This document shows positions 9,823 to 22,721 of a DNA stretch of 54,533 nucleotides, piece after piece. The notes under the pieces are model-generated. The model searched no databases. It worked only from the letters and a program-made list of their open reading frames with translations, and was not told the origin of the DNA. Numbering within the stretch: the first letter of the stretch is position 1; every line of letters starts with the position of its first letter. A program made the position numbers and the translations under genes. Source of the DNA: Polymyxa betae A26-41 (Eukaryota; Protista; Endomyxa: Phytomyxea); NCBI GenBank assembly GCA_003693705.1, contig RBZT01000575.1:1-54533 (forward strand). The letters are read 5' to 3'.

Positions 9823-12800
9823 ATGACTGGATCTAAAATTCGAAGCCGCCCTCCATCTGTGGGCGGCTTCGACGATTTTGGATTTGAGCTGAAAGCGATC
9901 GGGATGCTGGAGGAGCGTTCACCGCACGACCATGTTGAACCCGCCCTTCCTCCTGCTCATGATAAACGACATTCCGAACGGCATTCACGCCAGCCTTCAA
10001 TGCTGCCTGTTCCTATATTAGCACCGCCTACACCCAAAGTACCTCGGTTAGCAAAGCTTGGTCAACGGATTCGTGTATGCAATCTGGCGACTATCCTTGT
10101 AGAATCTGATCTTTGCCTTAGATGGGGCTGCGTTTTATCGACATTGCTCGATCGCCGGGTCCTCGTACAGCGCCGCTTTCGAAAACAGCATCAGCTCCTG
10201 CGTTCGCCGGGTTTTGGGATTTAAAACCGCAATCTGCGCCAACGCGGCGAAAGTTAAATCAGTTTATCTTCGAGGAGGCTCGTGATATCTCAGTGGTTGT
10301 CGATGGTGAAGATACAGCTAACGCTCGTTATTCATTTCTGATTGGACTTTAGGCGATGAAGTCGTGACTGAGTACAAAGACCAGGCCGATGTCAACATGT
10401 ACACCACTGCTGCTCTTCAAGTTCGTGAAAAGTTTCGCCACGATAAGCGCATCGACAGAATTGCTCGAGCATTTTGGGCAGCTTTCGCCCCAAATTTCGC
10501 TGAATCACGAGATGATCAGCGCATTCTCACCAAGCAAGTTTATGTGGATTATTTTATGCGGTTGCTCAAAGCCCTGTATCCTGCTGATGCGGTTCCTAAC
10601 ATCGAATCTGCACGGCAACTAGCATTTGAAGATTGGAAACGAGACGCTAAGAACGAAAGTCGACTTAATTTCCATGATTTCAAGACTTCTCTTTATGAGG
10701 TTGTCGATATCTGGACCCCGACCCTGAACATTGAAGATTACGTTCTGTTTATGAAGGTACCGCATCCTGTACATACCAATCTCATTTCTGAAGCTTTGCT
10801 TGAGCTCAGACACTATTCTGTCGAATGATGTATAAAGTCCAAAAAGCAGTACATGCACCTACAAACTTAAGAAATCGCACTCTACTGAGTGGCTCCCAAT
10901 CAGCATCTGTCAAGTTTCAGTTTAAAGCCTACTCGCAGGTCTCCAGCTCATGTCAATTCATTGACTTCTTTCCCGATGAAATTCGACGATCGTCATCGCT
11001 TGAAACGAACTCCCAATCTGGCAGCGGTGCCGAAACCAGTGGGACCAGCAAGGTAATCAAATGAATGATCCCAATTAGCGATAGTCATTTCGTGTTTAGA
11101 ATGCCAGAGCATCAGTTTCTCGCAAGACGCTGCTAACCAGAAATGATCGCCAACAGGTCCGGTTGTAACTTTCTCGAATCAGGTTGCAATAATTTCTATC
11201 CAGGCGCTTTACGCACCACGTAGCTCGTCAATATCCAACCAGGTCAAACAGACTCAGGAGCAATTGCAAAACCAAACGTTTCGAATGGATGGCGCAGATA
11301 ATCCATCAAGCAATGCCTCGAATCGTTACGGTGCCAAGAGACCATCTCTAAGTAACGCCTTTAAAATTGTCATATTTTAATCTAAATGTCATTAGCACCT
11401 GACTTCGGAGCAGCTAAAGTAAGCAGTTCCGTTCCCCCGTCACTAATGGAGAACATTTTTAACCAGCCGTCATCAATGCCAAGTCATCTGGAAGAAGCCG
11501 TCACTCTTCGTGATATGTCACTGACCCAAAAAGTACAATTTATCAGTTTAAAAGATAAGCAAATGAGCCCTAAAAGGCATTCGCTCAAATCCAAGTCCAA
11601 AACCTCAAGACGACAAAAAGCTCGCAGTAACGATAAAAACTTCGACGGCAATTCTCAACTTTTGAATGGATGGAGTGAGCAATTGCTTTCAGAGCCGGGG
11701 CTTTTCGCAGATGACCTACTACATGGTTTTGTTGCACCCCAATTCGCCGAAGAGGAGTCTGATTTTCGACGAGTATTTGCTCATGGTGCTTTCGATTCCA
11801 GTCTCGGTGAAGTATCTCATCAGCATTCTCGAACACCGATTACTCCTTCCACACCAAGACAGATTACCAATGATGCAGCTCCTATTTCGGTCTCGGTAGA
11901 CAATGGCAAGTTCCTGCCGACAACTTCTTCCACGCCCAAGCAATCCAGCAATGATGCTGTTTCTACTGAGCCTGAAGTTATCGGAATTATGACAGAAAAG
12001 GACCTGTTTAGTGGTGGGGCCTCTATCCAAGACGGCACGTTCAGCGATCCTGTTTCCATTAATGACATTCCCGCTGCTGAGATGTTGTTCAATATCGCTG
12101 CTGTTGAGCTCAGCAATCCGGCCAGCAATCCCCTTTCAGATTATCGCAACTCGAACTGCGATATTGGTTCTAAGGCTGACGAATCGGTTGCTTGTTCTGC
12201 CTCTGAGCTAAATGAACCAATTAACAACATTGCTGCTAAATTAGATGAGCCTATCAGCAGTTTCGCTCTTGAGTTAGAAAAACTGCCGAGCAGTTCTAAT
12301 GCAACTCCTGCACAGTCGCTGTCAACAGCTTGCCATGGGGGGATTATCTCTTTATCAGACAAAAGCGCTTCTGTTTCGGCCACTGCATTTGAAGGCAGTT
12401 TTCTATCTAAATCCGATCCACTTTCTGTGGATGCAACTCACAAGAAATCACTGCTGGATTCTATAGCTGTTATGGTAGCACCGGAATCTCCATCTGCTAC
12501 CAGATCTGAAACAAGCAACGCTGTTGGTCTTCCAGAAACTATATTAATGGACTCTCCAGACTTTGTAGTAGCTGTAGCTGACAATGAGCCTTCTGCTTCT
12601 AATAGCGTAATCAGCAACAATGAAGTCCAGGATGCTGTAACTACTGTCATTGCAGTTGATAAAGACGAGAATTATCGTCAACTCAATACTACTATGAAAA
12701 TCAGCGACTCAATCAACAACAATGAAGCCCATGGTGCTGCTACTGCTGCTGTTGCCATTGGCATAGGCGACAAAGGTATTCAACAGAATACTGATATGGA

Positions 12801-14719
12801 AATCAGCAATGGTTACATCCCGTTTTGCGCTAGTTCCGATTCTAAGTGGGAATCGAGTTTGATCACTGCTTTTACTGGTGACATGCTTGATCATTCTTCT
12901 AAAGATCAGCATGACATTCAGAATCCAGCAGATTCAGTTTCCTTAAATCCAATTACCTCTGCAATTGCTGGAGCTTCTGTTCGGGTTAAAAGTCGCCCTT
13001 TGTCTGCAAGCTATGCAATCCAGCTACCTCAGAAACCACCAAGAATGGTTCGGCGACGTGCAAACAGCGCTCGACGGACTCGTGGATGTGATTCTTACTT
13101 GAAGGCGATTGTTGAGGGTTCTGAGCAGCCTGTTGATCTCTTAGAAAAATCAGGGGAAGCTAATACAGCAGATGCAGATCTTGAAGTCGTATGTATGCCG
13201 CCGCATGTCCAAGATTCATTGTCCCAAAAACCAAGCCTTCGCGATTTTAAGAAAGCTTCTTCATCTTGTGAATCAATCCGAAATACAAGCGATATACGAA
13301 GCAAGTCCCTTCAGACTCAAACGAATTCTTCTAACGTATCCTTAACCTCCAACATATCAAAATATCATGATTTTGGCGGCAGCTCGGAACAGCTGTTGCC
13401 GGAATCCTTGCTCAATGACGACAACGACGATAACCAAGAGGGCACAAACTATCTGCGACCTGACAGTGATGAAATTGACAGTCGCGCCCTGGAAGTTGCA
13501 TTTCAGGACTTGAGCCGTAATTCCTCTTCCAACGTCATTCGAGAATCTGAACGCTTGAATATCATGCGAGAATCAGAACGCTCGAACCCTGAGCCTCTGA
13601 AATTGGACTTTAGCAGTCTTGTCACCCCTCATTCTGGCGATAACTTGACTGAACGTCGATCTTTCCGTCTGCATCAGTCTAGAGAAGCATTACGACAGTC
13701 CCGATTCAAACGAGTTCTTTACCAGCCTTTGAAGCGAAAGGAAGACAGAAATTTCGTCGTCATTAAACCGTTGACCAATGCGACTTCTTCCATTGTTGCA
13801 GCACGTTCTGCAGCTTCTCCTGAAGCACCCACCTTGAGTCCCAAAGATGCTGACACTGCTGAGGATGGGCAAACAAAACCTGCAGTATCTTCATCCTCAA
13901 TTCAGCGTCGGCGTCATCGGTTGATGCCTCAAGTCATCATAACACCGCGAGCTCCTTTTTTGCTTAATTCTGAGGACATCGTGATCGAAAGGCACATCTC
14001 TGATTCACTCCATCCATCGCCTATTACGCGAATCACTATCCTTCCTATACAACAAGAAGAGCCAGAACAAAATGTCATGGAAACACCAAAGTTTACATTG
14101 GGCGATCTACCTATGTTGACTATCTTGAAACTGACGACGGCGTCACGATTGATGGACTCTCCCACAACTTCTCTTGAAATTGGAAATACGGCCTTGGGAA
14201 ATGACAGTGCAGGCGGTGAAACTGTTAGGATTTCTGATCAAGAACATTGTGAAATGAGGAGGTTTTCTGTCAAAGAAGGCAATTTGGAAAATTGCCTGCA
14301 GACCTTGGGAATGACCCAAAAAACGGCCTCACGCTGTGAGGGAGGTACGATTTATGTCCCAATGAAGAAGGAAACCCCTTTATTGGTAAGCTCAAATGCG
14401 TTATGTCAATAATAGTTGATTTTTTGCACAGATAACATCGTCAGAACCTAAGGTGTCAGCTCGAGATAATTCCCATCATGGTCAAGTCCTTAGAAGAGCG
14501 TTAAGAAAAGGCACCCACATCTGCCGTCCTCTTTCAGCTCGCTCTCATAAACACAGGCAACCATGCGATCGTCGGATAGGGCGATCACCTGAATCATTAA
14601 CAACTCAGCCTGGATCGTCAGCGTCATTAGCATATCACGATATCGGCTGTGAACCTTGCCGCATAAGAACGTTGCCATCAAAGCGGCCAACGTCAGCAAA
14701 ACCTGAGCTGTGTACATAA
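9823..14719 (+). CDS. Large multi-exon protein: EF-hand-like domain followed by a ~1100-aa Ser-rich disordered region
   Basis: Exon ~10352-10756 reads LTKQVYVDYFMRLLKAL..AFEDWKRDAK..LNFHDFKTSLYEVVDIWT..EDYVLFM, an EF-hand-like module familiar from protists. The 1008-aa ORF and the final exon (to TAA 14719) are joined by GT-AG introns. Confidence 0.65.
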
Positions 14720-15092
14720 CCTGTATCACCAAGACCTCATTAGTAATAAACAAGATATAATCGTATCATCATGGCAGTGAATGGATTGGAGCCAGAAGAG
14801 CACTGAGTTCTGGCCCCAGTTGATGAACAGCCAGCATCAGGCTAATCGACAGGACGTTAGCAGGCGTGCCTAGTGGGTTATGAGCCACGAACCAGGTGAA
14901 GTTAATACACTAAGTTGACAGACAACGTGACAACAGAACGAAGAAACCCTACGTGGGGTTTTTGGCACTGTCAAAAGCGATGTTTTCAACTTCTGTTTTG
15001 TTACCTCTGTAACGGTCAGAAGGAACCCCGACACGTCACGTCATGTCCCAAACCCTCGAGGCTGCCCTCACGACAATCATTTTCTATTTTCA

Positions 15093-16014
15093 ATGATCGC
15101 GGAAGTCGTTTTCATTGCCATTCTTGTGTCGGCCAGCATCGATGCCCGCATTGTCGACAGGTGAGATTTCAACCCTGTCGCAAAGCGCGCATGCTCATCT
15201 TGCTTGAGATAGCTCGAAGTTGACGCCTGATACGTTAGCCGCTTCCTGGAGCCGCTCAGGCAGAATGCCGCGAGCCCCGCCAAATCTGAATTCTACATCG
15301 CTTCAGGAAGCACTTAATGATGCACTTTCTACACTAGCTACAGACTCGTTTCATGTTAGGAAGATTGCTCAGACTTCACTTAATGGGGCGAAGCTTCCTC
15401 ATGTCGATAATCTCCATGCAATGATTAGACTAGTCAAACATATTGTAGAATGTGCGCTTGATGACCATCAAATGGTTACTATACAGACAAGCGAAGGCAA
15501 ACGACTGCAATTTGAAGGTCTAATAGGATTGGCTCCGCAATGGATTCGTCGCGCTATCGATAAAGATGCCCAAGAGTCAGTTAGTGCTTGTCTGGCAGCT
15601 CGAGCTACAATTTTCAAAACACCACCCATCTCCTTAAGAGGATCAGCTTTAGCAGTTTATGCCGACGAGAAGGAAGAGGAGCTGTACTCATCACTTGAAG
15701 GGCTGTTCTGGGGAAATATGTTTGCTGAGGACGATGCAGCTCTGATGTCATGTTGGTCACCTGAAACTGCTGTCGCCTGGCGTCAGGCTCGGGTTTGCGC
15801 AACCGGGGATCCAGTCAGCATCGGACACTTAACATGTGGCATGATGAGGCATCTCGGACCGTGTAAGCGAATTTGTCGAGGTGGTCCAGAATCTGACGAA
15901 CCGTGGTCTATTCGCAGTTGTGAAGGCAATATTCATGTTGTGGCTGTTTATCTACGAAATGATGCTTCAGCAAAAAGTTTTACGGATCTCCAAACTCCCT
16001 CAAAAAAATACTGA
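15093..16014 (+). CDS. Orphan secreted protein (~290 aa)
   Basis: ATG 15093 begins MIAEVVFIAILVSASIDA (signal peptide). An intron gtgaga..gatag (~15161-15210) joins it to the 264-aa ORF, which has a Cys-containing C-terminal half. Confidence 0.65.
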
Positions 16015-16738
16015 AAGTATCTTGCCTTTCGATTTTGATTTAATAAATGGGATTCATTGCAGCTCAGCTATCTAAATTGAATCCGGAATCAGTCAGGCTG
16101 CAGCAATCATCCATCTAATACCGCCGAAGCAATACTTCAAAAGAGATCAAGCTACAGCCCTTAATGACAACCCAGTATAATTTTGTTCATCATCACTGCA
16201 ATATCGTATGTTATGCTATTACAGTCTAGGTTTAACAAAGACTGAATATGACCCCGATGCACGAGCAACACATATACCGGGCTGCGCAATAAACGTAATT
16301 ATGGGACCTTTTCTGATAATGCAATGCCTGCCAATAAGAAAGTCCGGAAGAAGACAATTCGCTCAAACCTGATGCAGCATGCATATTTCGCTTGATGCTT
16401 TTACATTTCACAATACAGAAAAAAAATGAATTTGTCGAAGCTGTGTACATTGAGCTTAATCAGTTTGAAAATGTTCGTAACCTCTGATGTCTTTGTTAGT
16501 GCACATTTAAAGGCATTCACTGATCCTGCTACAGTGCTACTTACATTAGAAGGATGATTGGCCCCGGATCAAACTCAACTGACATCAAACAGCGAATGAC
16601 CTTTCGCTTGTATTGTTACTTTTGTTGCGTAGATTGATAGTGAGACTGCGCCTTTCCTTTATTTAGATTCTCCACAAACCTACTTTATGAATCTCTGACG
16701 TTTTTGCCTGTGACCACTCATCTAGACCGATTTCAATC

Positions 16739-19674
16739 ATGGAAGACGACGATCAAGTCCTAGACAATATCGTCGAATGCCGAGTTTGTCGCGGCCCGCC
16801 CAATGACGCTGAACCGCTGTATAGCCCCTGTAAATGTCGCGGCTCGATCAAGTGGGTGCATCAGGCTTGCCTACAGGATTGGCTTCAGCATCGCGGCCGC
16901 TCAGATGCGCTTTGTGAACTGTGTAAACATTCGTTTACATTCGCTCCAATCTATGCCCCGGATGCTCCTGCTGAAATTCCAACACATCAGATAATTGCTG
17001 ATTTGTTCAGGAGGATGATATGCGTCTTGCCCTTAATGGTTCGATTTGTTCTGGTGACAAACGCCTGGATTGTCCTAGTACCTCTGCTAACTCGAACAAT
17101 GCTACGAGCTTGCGTCCAAATTCAATCCAGCTGGCTATTGCATCCTAGACAGTTTCTTACAATTCTGCCTCCGAATCCTGCAGCCTTTATGAACGATTTT
17201 CAATCGGGAATTTTGCTTTGTTCGGTGATATTCGTGGCGTTCGCTGTGGTCGTTGTCCTGCGAGAGCTGGTCCCGACAGAAAGAAACCGGGTTGAGCCGA
17301 CTGTAATGATCCAAGAGGTCGATGCCATCGTACCAGCCCAAGCTGCTGAACCCCAATTAGCACCGGAACCTATTTTCGATCCCGATCCTCTTGTTTTCAT
17401 TGATGACATGCCGTTATCTCAATGGCTAGGTTTTTCTGGCCATTGGACAATTTTCGTGACACACTTTTGCTCTGTCTTGCTTTGTAAGTGTTTTTATCAC
17501 AGTTTTTCTCATTTTTCTTATGGTCCTTGCAGGTAATTTCTCGGTATTAATTGGCACCGTATTTATTCCACTTCGAGTTGGGCGATTTTTTCTAGAGCAC
17601 GTTTTTCGTGATACCCCAGGAGCGCTAATATTCCGCTCTCTGGACGCTGCCGATCTACTGCACCATAAACTTGCCGCTCGAAATTTTGTCTCAGAAACGA
17701 CGCGAAACTGGATAGCGGAATCGTTAGCATCGAGTTCAGATCTTGAGGATTGCGCTACAATCGCCATCGGTATGGCCTACATCGCCTCAATGATCTCCTT
17801 TGCTCTTATAGCTGCATCGACCTGGGGCAATCCCTGGACTGCATCGTTCGCTCGGTCGCTTCGTACTGCTCTCTATCAAATTGCGGTCTGCATCAAAGTT
17901 GCTTCGTTTCTAACAATTGAGCTCGTATTATGCCCGATTGTGTTCGGCATGGCTATCGATGCACTGACATTAGATATCCGTCAGACATCGTTCGAGATAC
18001 GTTATTCTGCCTTCATATCGAGTCCAATTCTATCCACTCTCTTATACTGGATCACTGGAATCGCTCTTTTCCTCCAGCTATCACTGTTTGCATCGACTCT
18101 TCGTCAAATCCTTCGTCGAGATGTCTATTTGATGCTATTTCGAGACGTATGTAACTTTTTACTTCACTGCTTGTTGCTGCTGATTTGCATTGTGTCTAGC
18201 CAGAAGATCCCGATTTTCATCCGATCCAGGAGCTCATCAATCGACCGATTCCTCGTCTCATGCGAAACCTTGTCGCATCCATTATTGTCTATATGGTCCT
18301 GTTGGTCCTATTTTTGCACGTCCCTTCACGGATGGCACTCAAATCTATTCCAACGTTGGCACCTCTCAACCTTCGTTTCTCCGATGCTACAGAGTACATG
18401 TTTGATCTCTGTTTTGCCATCGGTTTTTGGATTGCTTATATTTCGTGTAGCCGTATGCCAGCCGACTTGGTGTTCCTGCATTTCTGCCTCCCATTTGCTA
18501 TCGAGAGGATACAAATGGGAAGATGGCATGTTAGAGTGCTTGATGTCTGGTTCAAAGGCGTTTGTCGGCTGTTGTCCATAACGGATGCTCTGCTGCCTTC
18601 ATCGTCGTCTCAGCGTGCTCCGAATCCACCTCACATGGCACTCCGAGTCTTCGCTTTGTTAGTACTTGGTTGGGTTTCGTATCTTTGTGTAGCCTCCTTT
18701 ATTGTTGTTCTGCCTCTGATCATCGGGCGAATCATTCTATCCGCTGTCACATATCACGATGTATACGCGTATCTTGTTGGTAATATCGGTTGCGAGAAGT
18801 AGTTGTAACGGCTTGTGAAATGTGTTTTTAGGATGCAATTTCTTTCTTGTAATGGGGTGGGGCATCGAACAGACATTTGGGATTGTGCTCCGTCGAGATC
18901 TTGGCCGATTTGCTGCTTTCTTTAACAAATGGGCGTACTTTGTAATGCGTTATCAAAGTTTTTACATTGTTGGTCAATTGATCGTAGGGTGCCAAGTGCC
19001 TTTGTATCTGTTTCGGTGGAGGCATTCTGCTTCCGTTGCTGGTTGGAATGCTATTTGACTTTGTCATTATCGTTCCTCTAAGGGTTCCAGTCAATGAAAG
19101 TGCTATTATCTTTCTCGGTAATTCATGTGCGTACTCTTTTACTGTCTGGTAGCTCAGCTCAGTTTAGCTCAAGACTGGACGATGGGACTAGTTGCTCTGA
19201 AGATTTGCTCGAGGCTTTTACATATAGGCTTGATCCCATCTGCTCACTGGAGACAGAAGATTGAGCGGTTGGAACAAATGGGTGTGCACGGTCTTGATGT
19301 TAGATTCGTGCTGGCCGAGATTGTTTGGCCTTTGATCTTCACAGTTGGCGCTCATTTGGGTAATCCGGACTCTTCCTTATTGGGGTTCATTTTAAATCTT
19401 TGCAGCATTACCGTATACAGTATCTAGGGGCATCTATCCTCTCTTTGATAGCAACATTCAAAATCAGGAAGCGGTTTTCCGGTCCAGTTTTGCTGTATTT
19501 GTTGTCTCCAGGCTGATTCTGTTTTCGTTCCGGCTGTTAACACAATGGTATGCTGATTTCCAGAAAGCTGTCTTCAACGATCGGTATCTAGTTGGGTGAG
19601 TTTAAGTTTTGCAGTTCTTGCATTTTAACGTTATCTCATATCTGTTTAGACGACGGCTCATTAACCATGAATAA
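16739..19674 (+). CDS. MARCHF6: ERAD E3 ubiquitin ligase MARCH6/DOA10/SUD1 (multi-exon)
   Basis: N-terminal RING-CH (CRVCR..PLYSPCKCRGSIKWVHQACLQDWL..CELCKHSFTFAPIYAPDAP), many TM segments, TD-domain LRQILRRDV..DPDFHPIQEL, QDWTMGLVALKI and C-terminal NDRYLVGRRLINHE*. Confidence 0.95.
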
Positions 19675-20020
19675 TCTCATATCTATTAGGCTTAATAAAT
19701 ATCTACAACATCGTTTTTAAACGGTTTCAATCGCTGCATATATTTTTTTTTTTTATTAAGATGGGACCAATTTAGAGTATTATTCGGACAAGAACTTGTT
19801 TTCTGGAGTCAGCTTCTTTTAAATAGGAAATAATTAGTGTGATCGGAATGCTTCGAATGGTCAATTGGATCATTCTACAGTAGTTCAGTCGTTTGGGTTC
19901 CAATGGTCCGCCGAATCTGATTTCACAAACTGCTTCAAGTTTGCCATGTCAATTTAAGAGAGTTGAGTCGTCTACCAGTATGCATCGATCTTTCTAGTCT
20001 TCAAAAAGCATTTTGTTAAG

Positions 20021-22022
20021 ATGACTATCGAACGAGATCGGATAAACCATGAACAAAAATGTGGTCGATCTATCTCCGATCTGAATGGTCAACCATTCAT
20101 ATTCATCAAAATGATTGGATCATTGAATATGCATTATGAGGACAAGGTCGTGCTTGTCCTGCAGTCTGCTATTGACAAATTTATTGAAAGTGATAAGCGA
20201 TTAACAGAAGAGGTTCGGGTTGCACTCGTAACCAAACTCTGGTTTGATCACCTTAAAGAGGTGGTTTCCCAAGCGATTCAATACTCGCATTATAATCGGC
20301 CTTCCTGGCTATTTAATTTTGGCAAATTTGCACCGGTTTACACACATTATGATGAAAGCTTAGAAAATGCTTTACAATCCCTTGATGAGGTTCTTCTAAC
20401 GGAGCTGACCAATTTGCCAATGACCGATCTCCCCTTTGCAAGCCCATTTGTTGCGATCAGTACAATGTTTTTGCAATCGGGAATTGCTATGTTTTTGCTT
20501 GGGAAGAGACTGGCCAGAGCCCGAAAATCAGAAATTCAGGCAAGCAAAAAGTTCAGCGAAGAGTTCCTTTCGAATAAGATGAAAGAATACAAAGCATCCT
20601 GGTCAACCTTTGAAAAATCGGCGATATTATGGCTCGAAACAGGACTCCTTACTGCCGTCAAAGCAAGCATACTAGAACACTACCAAGTCTGGATACGAGC
20701 AAGTAAGGATTTCTCAGGATGTTCTATGTCATGGTAATTAATATCAGGCTCTCAGTGTTATCCCATAAAAGTGATGTGCTTGAAAAAGAGAAAACGGAAA
20801 TAGAGAAGACGGTCCAAACCATGAAACAGGAGCAATCCAAAATAACCAAAGAGCTCAGTACTGCGACACGAGAACGGCACGAAGCGCAAACCAGACTAAA
20901 TGCTCTTTCGCATGAAAACCAGAATCTACAAACGCGCCTGCATGAAAGTACTCAGAAAGCTGGGATCCAAAACAAACTTATCGACCAGATGAGACGCGAT
21001 CTAAAAAACTTAAACCACAAGAACAGCGACCTTGATCAAAATCTGAAATCATCTCGCTCCCTACTTGAGACGACAGTTGCAGAACATACTGATCGTGTGA
21101 TGTCATTGAAGACAGCAATGGATGAGCTTCAAGGAATGCTCGAAGCGTCCAACACCGAAAAAGAGCGCCTGCGAGCGTAAGTCAAGAGTTGTTTCGTTCG
21201 AAATCAGTAAATATGATGAATAGATCACTGCAACAAGCACTCGAGGTGAAGGCAAGAATTGAAGATTCCAGCGGGATTACAGAGTGCCAAAAGGATGAAC
21301 TTATTCCCAACCTTTATGATCTCGAAGCAGAAGCCCGTTCTTCGCATTCAATATTGGGACGACCCTTGGCTCAAGAGTTCGAGAGAGCAGGCCAGAAAGA
21401 TCCCGATGAAAGAGTCACCGAACTCTTACAGTATTGCTTCGATCATTTTAAGCGAAGATGGGAACAGCGTATTTTACACGCAGGAAAGCTTATATACAAG
21501 CGGGATCTTGCTGAATGCGAAGATATCAGGCGCCTGTTGCGATCGGAAATCTCGAATTCATCAAAGCACGCTCGAGAATGTCGCTATGATATTTTCGGTA
21601 GCAATGAGATCCCATTACTACGAAACAAGCGTCTCTCACATAATCCACGATGCGAACAACTGTTTGGGAAATCGATCACAAATTCGGCTGGACCTGCAGA
21701 AGGGAAGGTCAATTTCTGTTGCTGCGAGTTCGCCCATTTCTGCGCTTTGATGGCAATCAATGGTTTTGAGATTCTGTGTCTTCAAGTTGGCAACGTATCC
21801 GAAGATATCTTGCGGCATTTCGACATTATCAACGAGTTCCAACAGAATCAGGTTCAGCAAGGCTCTGGTGTCACATATAAAATGATTTGGCCCGCTATAA
21901 AGTTGCCGAGCTCAGGAGAGATCGTACGTGGAAAAGCTGAAAAGATCATTCAATCAGAAACAATGATGGACTGGGAGAAGCTCGATACAACCACTGGAAA
22001 GTCAATATCAATAACCAAATAA
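20021..22022 (+). CDS. Coiled-coil protein with a C-terminal globular domain weakly resembling MIEAP/SPATA18-type C-termini
   Basis: Three ORFs are joined by short GT-AG introns (~20703-20755, ~21177-21223). Heptad-rich 20760-21180; C-terminal FCALMAI..RHFDII..MIWPAIKLPSSGEIVRGKA. The true start may lie upstream. Confidence 0.6.
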
Positions 22023-22721
22023 GCGTTTTTTACTGACCAGGATTAAAAGTATCGTTTGAAGTGACACCTAAAACTGCGAAATCGTTTTCAAATTACTGCT
22101 CGCATGGATTCAGAAAGCTAGGTTTGAAATGTATAACGAACGAATGCATCTTGATACGCCCGTGGTATCCTAAAAATCAAAGGAGACGCAAGTCCTGAGT
22201 GTGACAATATCATTTTATTGAAATCATTTTGAAGCCAGGCATACTCTTTGACAAATGACAATAGCATCTGGCTAGCTCTACAGCAGTGCATGAATGTATT
22301 CGTATAGCTATCACTATTCCTGATGGTTCTAAAACTGAGCAGGAACGCCAGACGTCAGGCAAATGTTTAGGGGTATCTCTAAGTAGAAGCTTGCATAAAG
22401 TATAACTGGTAGGTTGAATGCCGTTAGTTTTACTTAACAGTACAACACTGCCTGATAAATGGGATTTACTAGGCTGCCATGAGGCTGATCGTGTTGTGAA
22501 CCCTTGAAATTAGGACATCAATAGAATTTTTGATTGTAGATGACATCATATCGAAGGGAACGCATTTCAGAAGACAATGCATCCAAATCGCTGAAAGCTC
22601 CAAACCGCCTCGTTGAAGTTTTGTCAATGGCATTAGCATATCCTTTAACTGAAGAAACCAACGACAAGCTGGATTCACCATGATAGATCCCAAAGTAGCC
22701 ATAGCATCATGGTTGCCAACT

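Noticed and set aside
19860-19890. GGATCATTCTACAG resembling U3 snoRNA box A
   Set aside because: Imperfect match; boxes A', B, C and D were not found at U3-like spacing.
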